Of a stretch of 64,000 bases of DNA, positions 28,810 through 39,417 are shown piece by piece. Within the stretch, counting starts at the first letter, position 1. The number at the start of each line of letters is the position of its first letter. Source of the stretch: Bacillota bacterium (GTDB lineage Bacteria > Bacillota > Sulfobacillia > Fermentithermobacillales > Fermentithermobacillaceae); contig JAPXKJ010000003.1 in NCBI GenBank assembly GCA_033810155.1, positions 24,639-88,638 of the forward strand, given 5' to 3'. The translations under genes and the position numbers were made by a program. The notes under the pieces were generated by a model. That model was not told where the DNA came from. It saw only the letters and a program-made list of their open reading frames with translations, and made no database searches.

Positions 28810-29610
28810 ATGTTAATGATAGACATTTCGGAAATTGCCGGATTTAAAGTATGCCTTAACGAAAGCGGCTGTCTTGAGTTCGGAGAAGGTGTATTAGCAC
28901 CGCATCCTGAGGCCCGAAAACGTCGAGACGCGGTGGACGTGCTCCTTTATTCGGAACAAGCGGGACCAGATACCCTGTACCTAATGTACAGGGGTACAGG
29001 CCTGGAAAAAGATAGAATTTCTATGGCCAATGCGGGGTTAAGGTACGACATAACAGTAATATATCCGGGCAAAGTCGGCTTCGAATATGTAAAGACAGTA
29101 GGGCACTATCATCCGCAGGCGCCTGGGAGTTCTTACACATACCCAGAGGTATACCAAGTGTTGCATGGGAAAGCCCATTTCCTTATGCAAAAAGGCGGAA
29201 ACATAAGTGGCGAAGTAGAAGACTTCGTAGTGGCCGACTTCGATAAAGGTGATATCTTGCTTATTCCGCCTCACTATGCGCACGTTACGGTTAACCCAGG
29301 CCCTGAACCTCTTGTCATCGCAAATTGGATTGCCAGAGACTGTTCCTCAGTGTACGAACCTATAAGGGCTCGAAAAGGGATGGCATATTACGACGTTGAA
29401 TACAAGGGGCAAAGTATATTCATGCCCAACGACACTTACAGTGAACATCCGAAGCCCAGGCTAGAAAAACCCAGAGACTTTTCTAAGGTAGGTCTTTACA
29501 GGGAAAGAAGCATATATGGATCGTGGCAAGATGGTGCCGATTTAGGTTTCCTGGTCAAACCTCATCTTTACGAAAGTCTTTGGAATGATGTGCAGGGAAA
29601 AAGCGGATAG
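28810..29610 (+). CDS. cupin-type glucose-6-phosphate isomerase family protein
   Basis: GHYHP...PEVYQVLHGKA is a cupin His/Glu metal motif as in archaeal-type cPGI. Confidence 0.5.
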   Translation: MLMIDISEIAGFKVCLNESGCLEFGEGVLAPHPEARKRRDAVDVLLYSEQAGPDTLYLMYRGTGLEKDRISMANAGLRYDITVIYPGKVGFEYVKTVGHYHPQAPGSSYTYPEVYQVLHGKAHFLMQKGGNISGEVEDFVVADFDKGDILLIPPHYAHVTVNPGPEPLVIANWIARDCSSVYEPIRARKGMAYYDVEYKGQSIFMPNDTYSEHPKPRLEKPRDFSKVGLYRERSIYGSWQDGADLGFLVKPHLYESLWNDVQGKSG

Positions 29611-29650
29611 TGACAAGTTAGGTTCCACTGAAATAGAGGGAGATCTCGCT

Positions 29651-30544
29651 TTGGACTCAAATACTACCAGTTTGATCATTATCACGGGCCTATCAGGAGC
29701 GGGCAAGTCCAGCGTCCTAAGGACACTGGAGGATTTTGGCTATTTTTGCGTAGATAACCTTCCGCCATCGTTGATTCCGACTTTCATGGAACTGTGTACG
29801 CAAGCACGAAAGCCCATTGACAAAATAGCAATCGTCGTGGATATAAGGGGCGGCGAGTTTTTCCATGACTTATCTCGCGCCCTTACCGACGTCAAAGAAA
29901 CTGGCATTCGACCGGTTATCTTGTTCCTTGAAGCTGATGACGATACCCTAATCAGACGTTACAAATTTACGCGGCGAAGACACCCTCTTTCGGAACAAAG
30001 TGGCGTGCTCGAAAGCATAAGAGACGAGAGAGAGATGCTAAAGGACATACGCGATAAAGCCCACCTAGTCATAGATACCAGCAATCTAGAGAGCCAAGAT
30101 CTGAGGCAGCAAATAATAGAGATAGTGTCTAGGACCGTTAATTTGGAGCAGCTTATAATCAACGTCCTGACTTTTGGATTCAAGCACGGTATTCCTCTAG
30201 ATGCAGATCTAGTGTTTGACGTTCGGTTTCTGCCGAACCCATATTACGTAGAGGAATTAAAGACGCAGTCCGGACTAGATGAAGAAGTGGCGAAATACGT
30301 TCTTGAAGCGCCTGTGAGCCAAAAATTCCTACAATACTCAACAGAATTTCTAGACTTCCTAATACCTAATTTCATTGAAGAGGGCAAGACCCATCTCACG
30401 ATTGCCATTGGTTGCACAGGTGGTCGCCATCGATCTGTAGTTATCGGTGAGAAAATAAGAGAGTACCTAGAGTCCAGAGGCTACATGGTGATTGTAGAAC
30501 ATAGAGACATCAGGCTTGGTGAAGATAGAGGTGATGACTCATGA
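29651..30544 (+). CDS. rapZ: RNase adapter protein RapZ (YvcJ, P-loop NTPase)
   Basis: LIIITGLSGAGKSS Walker A. Start reassigned to in-frame TTG 29651 (GAGGGAG 8 nt upstream), giving an N-terminus like YvcJ; the track ORF from 29585 would overlap the previous gene. Confidence 0.85.
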   Translation: MDSNTTSLIIITGLSGAGKSSVLRTLEDFGYFCVDNLPPSLIPTFMELCTQARKPIDKIAIVVDIRGGEFFHDLSRALTDVKETGIRPVILFLEADDDTLIRRYKFTRRRHPLSEQSGVLESIRDEREMLKDIRDKAHLVIDTSNLESQDLRQQIIEIVSRTVNLEQLIINVLTFGFKHGIPLDADLVFDVRFLPNPYYVEELKTQSGLDEEVAKYVLEAPVSQKFLQYSTEFLDFLIPNFIEEGKTHLTIAIGCTGGRHRSVVIGEKIREYLESRGYMVIVEHRDIRLGEDRGDDS

Positions 30545-31536
30545 AATCATCCGTTCTGCCTAAAGTCGTAGCAATAGGCGGCGGAACTGGTCTTTCTACG
30601 ATCTTGCGAGGGCTTAAATCGTTTCCCTGCGAGATTTCTGCTATAGTCACAGTTGCAGACGATGGGGGTAGCTCGGGGCGACTCAGAAAAGATATGGGCA
30701 TACTGCCACCAGGGGATATCCGCAACTGTATCATAGCGCTCGCTGAAGCAGAGACGGATATGACTGCGCTATTTGGTCACAGATTCCAAAAAGGCGAGTT
30801 GAAAGGCCACAGCTTCGGCAACCTATTCTTAGCGGCGATGACTGAGATGACTGGCGATTTCCAGGTAGCCATAAGGACGATGTCAAGGATTCTCGCAGTA
30901 AAGGGAAAGGTTTTACCTGCAACCTTGAGCAACGTAACCCTTGTAGCAGATATGGGAGATGGTACTAAAGTACTTGGAGAAACAAACATTCCGGCTGCTA
31001 ACGGGAAAATCAAAAGAGTGAGCCTGGTACCTGAAAACCCACCTGCTCTAGACGAAGCCATGTACGCGATCGACACTGCAGATATAATAGTAATCGGTCC
31101 CGGAAGCTTGTACACCTCCATAATACCGAATCTCCTCGTCCAAGGAATACCCGGTGCCATCAAGAAGTCCAAGGGCAACAAAGTGTACATCTGTAACATC
31201 ATGACTCAACCTGGTGAAACTGACGGTTACTCTGCTTGTGACCATGTGAGAGCAATCGAAGAACATGCGGGAAGATTGTTCACCTACGTAGTCGTAAACA
31301 CGGGTGTGCCTTCCAACGAATTGTCGGAAAAATACGCAATTGAGAACAAACGCCTAGTATTACCCGACATTGATGCGCTGCGTGCGGCAGGTTACATGCC
31401 AATTACAGGCGATTTTCTTGCAAGCAGTGATATAGCACACCACGATTCATATATAATCGCCCGTACCATATTGGATCTTGCCGACCCACGCAACACATAT
31501 GACAACATCGAGATTACCAAGGCAGGTTTAGATTAG
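30541..31536 (+). CDS. yvcK: gluconeogenesis factor YvcK (UPF0052/CofD-like)
   Basis: VVAIGGGTGLSTILRGLK N-terminus. ATGA overlap with rapZ. Confidence 0.85.
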   Translation: MKSSVLPKVVAIGGGTGLSTILRGLKSFPCEISAIVTVADDGGSSGRLRKDMGILPPGDIRNCIIALAEAETDMTALFGHRFQKGELKGHSFGNLFLAAMTEMTGDFQVAIRTMSRILAVKGKVLPATLSNVTLVADMGDGTKVLGETNIPAANGKIKRVSLVPENPPALDEAMYAIDTADIIVIGPGSLYTSIIPNLLVQGIPGAIKKSKGNKVYICNIMTQPGETDGYSACDHVRAIEEHAGRLFTYVVVNTGVPSNELSEKYAIENKRLVLPDIDALRAAGYMPITGDFLASSDIAHHDSYIIARTILDLADPRNTYDNIEITKAGLD

Positions 31537-31539
31537 AGA

Positions 31540-32433
31540 GTGAAACTCGAGAAAGACACCTTTTCGAGGACAGTAAAAGAGGAACTATCCAGAGTTGAGA
31601 CGATGGACTATCGCGAGGCATTCTGGGAGTATTATGCTCTCAGTCTGCTCTTATTCTCCCACACATCACCCGACGACCGGTTTGATTTTGAGTCCGCCAA
31701 AGGCCAGGTGAAGCCATATCTCTTGCGCAGGATGTTCTACCTTGATAAGGTGATAAACACCGGCAATGAGCATTCAAATGGCAACCGGCCCAAAGGCCTC
31801 GTTGAACTCAAATACGATGTGAAAGCTAGGAGAGCCTTTTTAAGAGGCGTTTTTCTCGCAAAAGGTTCTCTTTCATCGCCGCTGAAACAACATCATCTAG
31901 AGTTTGTTCTTCCAAAAAAGGAAAAGGCACTTGTCGTCTCCAACCTTCTAAGGGTTGATGGCCTTAAGACTGGGATTACCCAACGTAGAGGTTCGTGGAT
32001 CGTATATATGAAAAACGGTGATGAAATATCCGAATTCCTCACAATGCTTGGAGCATCACGTTCCGTGCTCAAATACGAAGAAATTAGAGTGCAGAAAGCC
32101 TTAAAAAGTTCTGTCCAGCGGCAAGTTAATATGGATAAAGCTAATGTTTCAAGAACGGTAGAATCATCGTTGGGTCAAATAGCCGACATCGAACTCATAG
32201 ACGAGGAAGTTGGCTTACGCTCATTGCCACCCGCCTTGAAAGAAGTAGCTCAGGCGAGGCTCGCAAATCCGTCCTTGACCTTAGAAGAACTGGGACAGAC
32301 CCTCAACCCGCCAATTTCCAAATCTGCAGTCAATCATAGGTTGCGTAGAATATCGAAGAGAGCAGCATCCATAAAAGAAGGAAAACCCAAAGGGACAAGG
32401 GATAGCCCTGAGGGTTTGCCTCAACGGGGATAA
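31540..32433 (+). CDS. whiA: DNA-binding sporulation/cell-division regulator WhiA
   Basis: GTG start. LAGLIDGDG-type homing-endonuclease-like domain plus a C-terminal HTH. Third gene of the conserved rapZ-yvcK-whiA run. Confidence 0.85.
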   Translation: MKLEKDTFSRTVKEELSRVETMDYREAFWEYYALSLLLFSHTSPDDRFDFESAKGQVKPYLLRRMFYLDKVINTGNEHSNGNRPKGLVELKYDVKARRAFLRGVFLAKGSLSSPLKQHHLEFVLPKKEKALVVSNLLRVDGLKTGITQRRGSWIVYMKNGDEISEFLTMLGASRSVLKYEEIRVQKALKSSVQRQVNMDKANVSRTVESSLGQIADIELIDEEVGLRSLPPALKEVAQARLANPSLTLEELGQTLNPPISKSAVNHRLRRISKRAASIKEGKPKGTRDSPEGLPQRG

Positions 32434-32444
32434 ATCAAGAGAGC

Positions 32445-32840
32445 CTATTCAATAACAATCTCAACATGCTGGCCTTCGTCCTCATCAACCACATCAATCA
32501 GTTTACCTCGAAAACCGTAAGATAAAGCTTCACTTAGATCGTTAAGATCTACTCCCATCTCATCTAGGTCTACACCACTTACAGATGAGAACTTGTTGCC
32601 GGTTTTGAGCGCCCAATTGACGAGTTTCATAGGAAGATTAACCATGACTTTGGGTTTATTTGCCCCCAAATCAGTCACCCTGATTTTGAGCCACCTAGCA
32701 GGTGTCTGAGGTACATCTAGCTCAGACACTTCGGTAGGCAACTCCATCGCCTCAAGCAATCCTACAGCCTCATCCGCAGTAATCTTGCCATCCCTTAACA
32801 TCTCCAAAACGCGAAGTCTCTCTTCATCCATGATTTCCAT
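32445..32840 (-). CDS. small protein sharing an N-terminal SHOCT-like helical domain with the DUF4097 protein
   Basis: N-terminal EERLRVLEMLRDGKITADEAVGLLEAM repeats the motif found in the two upstream genes. Confidence 0.5.
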   Translation of the reverse strand: MEIMDEERLRVLEMLRDGKITADEAVGLLEAMELPTEVSELDVPQTPARWLKIRVTDLGANKPKVMVNLPMKLVNWALKTGNKFSSVSGVDLDEMGVDLNDLSEALSYGFRGKLIDVVDEDEGQHVEIVIE

Positions 32841-32851
32841 AGCGCCTCCTT

Positions 32852-34036
32852 CTAGAGAAATTCTACTGATATCCTGCCTGAACTAGTCGATGCCTTCAAG
32901 GAACCCTTTGATTCCGCTTCTGCAAACCCTTTGCTGCAAGCTCTATAGTGCCTGGTTCGCAAGTGTTTCTTTCTTTCATCGATTAAAACGTCTACGTCTC
33001 CCATCCCGTCTACATCGACCGCTCCGCTGTTAGTGACCAAATCTACCTCATAGGAATCAGTCTCGCCTTTACGGATCTTCGCTTCAATAGGTCCATTGCT
33101 CGTCTTGAGGTTCCAATTCCCTGTCCCTGTGAGTTCCACAACTATCCGCCCATTCATCGTCTTTGCGGTCATGTTGCGAGATTCGCCTTCGTACTCAATT
33201 CGACCATTCATATCCGTCATCTCTACATCGCAGAATCTGCAACCTCTAGCCTCAATACGACCATTCATGGTCTCTGCAGTACATTTTTTGCCTGACGCAT
33301 TTTCGATGGCTATCCGCCCGTTGGCGGTATTTAGTTCCAGCACCTCAAACTTTGTGTCTAGCGCTTCAATCCGCCCGTTAGCTGTTTTAGCTCTACACCG
33401 GGAGCCTGATATTCCCTGCACAGTTATGCGCCCGTTGGCTGAGTGAAGATTTACGGTAGCCCTTCTGTCTGCAGGCAGAGTAAGCATGAAATCTACCGAG
33501 AGATTTCTGCTCCCAAGACGCTGGCGTTCCTTCGCGATCGCACTAAGGGCCAAGCCCGTATGGCTAAACTCGAAGCAACCTTCAAGAATCTTCTCGGCCT
33601 CTTCTTCAGTTTCCGCATTTGCTTTCTTCAAAACCTCTAGGCGGTAGCCTGATCTATCCCAACTCCTCACTTCTATGACGCCATTTGCAGACTGCAAATC
33701 AACCTCAATCTCGCCTTCTGGGTCTAGCTCACCTTGGAATTCTTCCGATAGTTCAAACCGGGGACCACGTGACGCACCGCCGGAAAACATCTGGGTTATG
33801 CGTTCAGCCAAACTCTCGGCTCTTGATTCTGCAAGTTCCTCTATTTTTTCCACCGCTTGCTCTATTGACGCCTCTCTACCCTCTGTGTCATCTGAAATGC
33901 CACGCATAGATTTGAGAGGTGGCTTCGGCGCCGGCTTAGATCCTAAGAGAGCATTGAGCAACTCGGCACCTTGTTCCGGCGTAATCTTGCCATCTTTAAC
34001 CATTTCCAAGACAAGCATCTTTTCCTCTTTTGACAC
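32852..34036 (-). CDS. DUF4097-family beta-strand-repeat protein (YvlB-like)
   Basis: N-terminal LVLEMVKDGKITPEQGAELLNAL domain, then about 8 tandem (A/M/S)NGRI repeats typical of DUF4097. Confidence 0.6.
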   Translation of the reverse strand: MSKEEKMLVLEMVKDGKITPEQGAELLNALLGSKPAPKPPLKSMRGISDDTEGREASIEQAVEKIEELAESRAESLAERITQMFSGGASRGPRFELSEEFQGELDPEGEIEVDLQSANGVIEVRSWDRSGYRLEVLKKANAETEEEAEKILEGCFEFSHTGLALSAIAKERQRLGSRNLSVDFMLTLPADRRATVNLHSANGRITVQGISGSRCRAKTANGRIEALDTKFEVLELNTANGRIAIENASGKKCTAETMNGRIEARGCRFCDVEMTDMNGRIEYEGESRNMTAKTMNGRIVVELTGTGNWNLKTSNGPIEAKIRKGETDSYEVDLVTNSGAVDVDGMGDVDVLIDERKKHLRTRHYRACSKGFAEAESKGSLKASTSSGRISVEFL

Positions 34037-34067
34037 ATTTCTTCCCCCTCGTCATGTACTGAGAACC

Positions 34068-34469
34068 TTATCTACGACCCAAGTTCTTCAACATCCTGGT
34101 TGCGTCCTGAACGCTTATCTCCCCACTATCGAGCCTATCCAAGATCATTTTTCGCTGTTCTGAGTATCTTTCTTCGTCTACATAACCAGGCTCTTCCCCA
34201 TCTACGGGATACCCTAGCGCCCTTATCAACGATTCCAGCCTACTCCTTACAGTGGGATATGAGATTCCTAACTCTCGCTCAACCTCTTTGATGTTGCCGC
34301 GGTTCTTTATAAATACTTCTGCAAACCCTTTTTGTTCAGGCGTAAGCGAACAGAACTTACACAGCTCAAAGTTACCTGATATTTTGGTATGACATACAGG
34401 ACATTCCAGTTCCGTAACCTCCATAGGCTGAGAACAAACAGGGCACCTTCCAATCACTTCATTTGGCAT
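34068..34469 (-). CDS. DUF2089-type zinc-ribbon/HTH protein
   Basis: CPVC...CPVCH zinc ribbon, an HTH, and a C-terminal MILDRLDSGEISVQDATRMLKNL SHOCT-like motif. Confidence 0.6.
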   Translation of the reverse strand: MPNEVIGRCPVCSQPMEVTELECPVCHTKISGNFELCKFCSLTPEQKGFAEVFIKNRGNIKEVERELGISYPTVRSRLESLIRALGYPVDGEEPGYVDEERYSEQRKMILDRLDSGEISVQDATRMLKNLGRR

Positions 34470-34492
34470 ACTTCATCCCACCTTTCTTCATC

Positions 34493-34521
34493 AATATATG
34501 ACGTGGGTTTAGAAATGTCAA
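34493..34521 (-). promoter_or_regulatory. sigma-A-type promoter for the DUF2089 operon
   Basis: Minus strand TTGACA (34516..34521), 17 nt, TATATT (34493..34498), then AAAGGTGGGA RBS and ATG at 34469. Confidence 0.5.
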
Positions 34522-34554
34522 TAGCAATGTTAATAATATTAATTGATCGATTGA
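34518..34554. promoter_or_regulatory. 37-bp imperfect palindrome overlapping the -35 element; putative operator
   Basis: TCAATAGCAATGTTAATAATATTAATTGATCGATTGA has the symmetry TCAAT...TTAATA(A)TATTAA...ATTGA. Confidence 0.35.
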
Positions 34555-34565
34555 ACTCTCTTGTG

Positions 34566-36455
34566 TTAGCGGTGAGTATCGAAGTATTCGAGGATGGATG
34601 AAGCGAGTTTTGGACCTATCCCTTTTATTTTAACAAGCTCCTCGTAGGACGCAGATTTCACGGCGTCTACGCTACCAAAAGCCTTCAGAAGATCTTTGGA
34701 TTTTTTAGGACCGAGGCCCGGGATTTGTGACAATTCAGTACCTAGACGTTTTTTATCCCTTATCTTTCGATGGTATGAGAGAGCAAATCTGTGTGCTTCG
34801 TCGCGAATCCTAATAACTAAGAACAAAGCGCCTGAATCTTCCGGAAGCACTACAGGTTGCGACCTGTGAGGCAAAAAAATCTCTTCGTTCCGCTCTGCCA
34901 AACCTGCTATAGGTATATCCAATTTCAGTTCATCCAAAACTTGCTTTGCTGCGCTGACTTGCCCCTTGCCCCCATCGACGATTATTAGGTCGGGAAATAT
35001 CGCAAACTTGCTCTGCCTTCTGGGCATATCACCCTCTTTTTCTAAGGCATCCCTTTCTTTAATTCCCCTCTTGAAACGCCTCCACATCACTTCTTGCATC
35101 ATCGCATAATCATCAGGTTTTCCGTCTACTTTCATGCGAAACCGCCGATACGAAGACTTGTCGGGTTTGCCATCTAGCAATAAGACCATAGATGCGACAG
35201 CTTCCTTACCGGAAGTATTAGATATGTCATAGCATTCTATTCGTTGAGGGGGTTCGGATAGTCCTAAGGCATCTGCCAAATCTCGTAGGGCTTTTATAGT
35301 TTCCTGGGTCTGCCTTTCGTATCTAGGTATGTACGCTTGCATCATAGCTCTTGAGTTGTCGTTAGCCATAGATACTAAGTCTTTCAACACTCCTCTTTTG
35401 GGCACCCTTATTCTCAACCCTGTGTATTTACTGATTTCATCTACATCAGGCAGTGAGACAGGAATCACAACCTCTTTTGGGATAAAAGAAGCATTCGGGT
35501 AGTATTGGCTCACAAATGCGCTTATTATTTCATGGTCTTCATCCAGCTCAGTCCCCGTAAGAACGAATCCTTCCCTGCCCATAAGTTTACCCTCTCTTAC
35601 TGGCAAAAGAGCAACAAAACTAAGCTTCCCCGAACGCGCCAATCCCAAGATGTCTCGATTTTTCATGTCGGGAAGCACGATTTTCTGCTTTTGAGTCACA
35701 TCATCAAGCGCGGAGATTCGATCCCTGATCCTTGCAGCTTCTTCAAAATCGAGGTTCTCAGCGCATCGTTCCATACGTGCAGATAGGGTATCCCTTACAT
35801 CTTTGTGGCGACCTTCCAGGAACTTGATTACACCGTCTATTGTTTCCATGTAGGAATCTCTATCTAAGTTCCCGGTGCAAGGACCCAGACATCTTCCTAT
35901 CTGATAGTCCAAACATGGGCGGGAAGCCTGGGACAAATGCGCGTCTGAACAGGTTCTATAAGGAAAAATCCGGCGCAACAACGAAAGCGTTTCTCTAAGC
36001 GAACCGGCTTTCGTAAACGGCCCGAAGTAGCGCGCTCCATCCTGGTTCATTCTCCTTACTACAGTAACTCTTGGCCACTCTTCCTCTAAGTCGATTCTGA
36101 GGTAAGGATAGTTCTTGTCATCTCGCAACAAGATGTTGTATCGAGGTCGGTATTTTTTTATGAGGTTGCACTCTAAGATTAAAGCTTCCGCTTCCGAATC
36201 TACGATTATCGTTTCGAGGCCGCCTACTCTTTCCATAAGCGCTTCCGTCTTAGCTGACAAGTTCGATGCAAAGTAAGAACGAACCCTGTTCTTGAGATTC
36301 CTAGCTTTGCCAACATACAATACCTCACCCGATTCGTCGCGAAACACATATACCCCTGGAGAAGCAGACAGATCTTTTGTCTTTTCTGCCAAAACTCCAC
36401 GATTACCCCTGATACCGGCCCATATATGTTCCTGCGGGCTAACTTTCACGCTCAT
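34566..36455 (-). CDS. uvrC: excinuclease ABC subunit C
   Basis: GIY-YIG N-terminus (PGVYVFRD...LYVGKA) and C-terminal HhH. Start chosen at Met 36455; the track ORF starts at 36476. Confidence 0.9.
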   Translation of the reverse strand: MSVKVSPQEHIWAGIRGNRGVLAEKTKDLSASPGVYVFRDESGEVLYVGKARNLKNRVRSYFASNLSAKTEALMERVGGLETIIVDSEAEALILECNLIKKYRPRYNILLRDDKNYPYLRIDLEEEWPRVTVVRRMNQDGARYFGPFTKAGSLRETLSLLRRIFPYRTCSDAHLSQASRPCLDYQIGRCLGPCTGNLDRDSYMETIDGVIKFLEGRHKDVRDTLSARMERCAENLDFEEAARIRDRISALDDVTQKQKIVLPDMKNRDILGLARSGKLSFVALLPVREGKLMGREGFVLTGTELDEDHEIISAFVSQYYPNASFIPKEVVIPVSLPDVDEISKYTGLRIRVPKRGVLKDLVSMANDNSRAMMQAYIPRYERQTQETIKALRDLADALGLSEPPQRIECYDISNTSGKEAVASMVLLLDGKPDKSSYRRFRMKVDGKPDDYAMMQEVMWRRFKRGIKERDALEKEGDMPRRQSKFAIFPDLIIVDGGKGQVSAAKQVLDELKLDIPIAGLAERNEEIFLPHRSQPVVLPEDSGALFLVIRIRDEAHRFALSYHRKIRDKKRLGTELSQIPGLGPKKSKDLLKAFGSVDAVKSASYEELVKIKGIGPKLASSILEYFDTHR

Positions 36456-39417
36456 CAACCCCGGCAAGAGTGACATCCTCAGCGGCGGCCTTGTTCTGCC
36501 CTGACGCTTTTTTCGGTCTTCTTGAACCTATGTTATCCGCTGACCTAGTCTGTTTGGATGACTGTTCCTTCGCTTTACTCTTAGGCGCTAAAAGAACTTT
36601 TTTCAAAGATTGACCTGTATAAGAAGACGGATGATTCATAATATCCTCGGGAGTGCCTTCTGCAACGACGTAACCACCTTCTTCGCCCCCTTCAGGACCT
36701 AGATCGATGATATAGTCCGCAGATTTTATGACGTCCATGTTGTGTTCAATGACTACCACTGTGCTACCACCATCCCTTAGACGCTGTAGCACGCTTAACA
36801 GTTTGCGGATGTCCTCAAAATGAAGTCCGGTGGTAGGCTCGTCTAAAATGTAGAGGGTTCGCTCATTGCCTCTTCTCGAAAGCTCAGTAGACAGTTTTAC
36901 TCTTTGAGCTTCTCCTCCGGATAGTGTAGTAGCAGGTTGCCCCAACTTTATATACCCCAAGCCCACATCATAGAGCGTCTTCAACTTCCGTTTCACCGAA
37001 GGTACGTTTTTGAAAAGTTCTAAGGCTTCCTCAACAGTCATATCCAAGACTTCAGCAATGTTCTTTCCGCGGTACTTCACTTCCAATGTCTGGCTATTGT
37101 ATCGCTTGCCGTTGCATACTTCACACGGAACATATACGTCGGACAGGAACTGCATTTCTATCCTAATAATACCTTCACCTCTGCAAGCCTCACACCTGCC
37201 TCCTCTTACGTTGAAACTGAATCGTCCCGGTTTGTATCCCCTCATCTTGGCCTCAGGAGTTCCTGCAAAAAGCTGCCTTATGTCAGTGAACACTCCTGTA
37301 TATGTGGCAGGATTGGACCTCGGAGTCCGACCTATAGGCGATTGGTCTATGTTTATGACTTTGTCCAGAAACTCCATTCCCTCAATCCCGTCGTGATCGC
37401 CTGGCCGAAGCCTCGCTCCATGCAGCGACGACGCGAGCTTTCTGTAGAGGATATCATCTACCAAAGTACTTTTCCCTGAACCTGAGACCCCTGTTATACA
37501 GGTAAATACTCCGAGAGGTATTCTTACATCGATGTTCTTTAGATTATGCTCTCGGGCACCTTTGATCGTGATAAACTTCTCAGGTTTCCTTCGTTTTTTC
37601 GGAACAGGGATTTGCCTTTTGCCCGACAGATATTGGCCAGTTATTGATTCTTCGCATTCAAGAAGATCCTCTACCGATCCGGCGCATATAACGTAACCGC
37701 CATTGTCACCAGCGCCAGGTCCAATATCAACAACATAGTCTGCTGAGCGTATTGTCTCTTCATCGTGTTCCACTACGATTACCGTATTGCCAATACCCCG
37801 AAGATGTTTCAATGTATCTAACAATTTCTTGTTGTCACGAGCATGTAGACCAACACTTGGTTCATCTAGCACATATAACACCCCTACTAGACCTGAACCA
37901 ATCTGCGTTGCCAACCGTATCCTTTGAGATTCACCACCTGATAGAGTACCCGCATGACGGTTTAGAGTTATATATCCTAATCCTACATCGGTTAAGAACG
38001 TTAGTCTCGAACGAAGCTGCTTCAAAACTTGGTTTGCAATTAGAGACTCTCTTTCGGTAAGCGTCAAAGTATCTAGGAATTTCAGTGCATTTTCACATGA
38101 CATATCGGTAAGGTCCGCTATGTTGATATCGCCTACAGTTACAGCAAGCGATTCAGGCCTAAGTCGCTTGCCTTCACATACAGGACAAGGCACTGCAGCC
38201 ATAAACTGCTCTATCCACTGTCTCGCATCGTCACTGGTAGCCTGCTTGTAACGCCTCTCGAGGTTAGGAATAACCCCTTCAAAAGTAATCAAACGATCCG
38301 ATTCCCTGCCGTACGGGCTTTCATAATGAAAAGGCACTTTTCGGTCTGAAATCCCATATAAAATCGCCTCAACGTGCTCAGGCGGAAGATCCTGAATTGC
38401 CACATCCGTAGATATCCCTAAAAATCCTGCTACTGCGTCCAAAAGCTGAGCGTAATATCCATCGGGGGTTCCATTCCACGGTGCTATCGCACCATCTGAA
38501 ATCGATTTTCGTCTATCGGGGATAATCATTTCAGGATCGATTTCCATATTGACTCCTAATCCATTGCACGCAGGGCAGGCACCAAATGGACTGTTGAATG
38601 AAAACAACCTTGGTTCCAGTTCCGGTATAGATATGCCGCAGTCAGGGCAAGCCAAAGACTGGCTGAAAAGGATATCTTCTTTATCACCATCTATGATAAG
38701 CTCAATGCATACTAGATCACCTGATAGGGAAAGTGCAGTCTCCAGCGAATCCACCAGTCTCTGTCTCGTGCCTTCCCGAATTATCAGCCTGTCGACGACC
38801 ACCTCTATGTTGTGATTTTTGTGCTTCGCTAGTCGCTTTCCCAGAAACTCGGAGACTTCCCCTGTGACCCCATCGACCCTAACCCTCACAAATCCCAGCC
38901 TTTGAATATCGTCGAAGACCTTTTCATACTCTCCTTTCCTGCCCCGCACCAAAGGAGCTAACACCGAGAACCTGGTACCTTCGGGCAGCTCAAGGATTTT
39001 GTCTGCCATCTGATCTACGCTTTGCCTAGATATAGGCTTTCCGCATTTCGGACAGTGGGGATGACCCACGCGTGCGTAAAGAAGTCTGAGGTAGTCGTAT
39101 ATTTCAGTCACAGTCCCCACAGTCGACCGCGGGTTCCTGACTCCCGATTTCTGGTCAATAGAGATTGCCGGCGATAGCCCTTCGATGTAGTCTACATCAG
39201 GCTTATCCATAAGGCCCAAAAACTGCCTAGCGTAAGCCGATAGTGATTCAACATACCGCCTCTGACCTTCGGCGTAGATGGTATCAAAGGCCAATGAACT
39301 CTTGCCTGAACCCGACAACCCAGTTATGACTGTCAGGGTGTCTCTGGGTATTTCCAGATCTATGTTCTTTAGGTTGTGCTGACGCGCACCCCTTATGACT
39401 ATCTTATCGCGGGACAT
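36439..39417 (-). CDS. uvrA: excinuclease ABC subunit A, with a ~45-aa basic C-terminal tail
   Basis: Two ABC ATPase modules ([10 protein letters not shown] and [10 protein letters not shown]) and zinc fingers. 992 aa. Confidence 0.9.
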   Translation of the reverse strand: MSRDKIVIRGARQHNLKNIDLEIPRDTLTVITGLSGSGKSSLAFDTIYAEGQRRYVESLSAYARQFLGLMDKPDVDYIEGLSPAISIDQKSGVRNPRSTVGTVTEIYDYLRLLYARVGHPHCPKCGKPISRQSVDQMADKILELPEGTRFSVLAPLVRGRKGEYEKVFDDIQRLGFVRVRVDGVTGEVSEFLGKRLAKHKNHNIEVVVDRLIIREGTRQRLVDSLETALSLSGDLVCIELIIDGDKEDILFSQSLACPDCGISIPELEPRLFSFNSPFGACPACNGLGVNMEIDPEMIIPDRRKSISDGAIAPWNGTPDGYYAQLLDAVAGFLGISTDVAIQDLPPEHVEAILYGISDRKVPFHYESPYGRESDRLITFEGVIPNLERRYKQATSDDARQWIEQFMAAVPCPVCEGKRLRPESLAVTVGDINIADLTDMSCENALKFLDTLTLTERESLIANQVLKQLRSRLTFLTDVGLGYITLNRHAGTLSGGESQRIRLATQIGSGLVGVLYVLDEPSVGLHARDNKKLLDTLKHLRGIGNTVIVVEHDEETIRSADYVVDIGPGAGDNGGYVICAGSVEDLLECEESITGQYLSGKRQIPVPKKRRKPEKFITIKGAREHNLKNIDVRIPLGVFTCITGVSGSGKSTLVDDILYRKLASSLHGARLRPGDHDGIEGMEFLDKVINIDQSPIGRTPRSNPATYTGVFTDIRQLFAGTPEAKMRGYKPGRFSFNVRGGRCEACRGEGIIRIEMQFLSDVYVPCEVCNGKRYNSQTLEVKYRGKNIAEVLDMTVEEALELFKNVPSVKRKLKTLYDVGLGYIKLGQPATTLSGGEAQRVKLSTELSRRGNERTLYILDEPTTGLHFEDIRKLLSVLQRLRDGGSTVVVIEHNMDVIKSADYIIDLGPEGGEEGGYVVAEGTPEDIMNHPSSYTGQSLKKVLLAPKSKAKEQSSKQTRSADNIGSRRPKKASGQNKAAAEDVTLAGVDERES

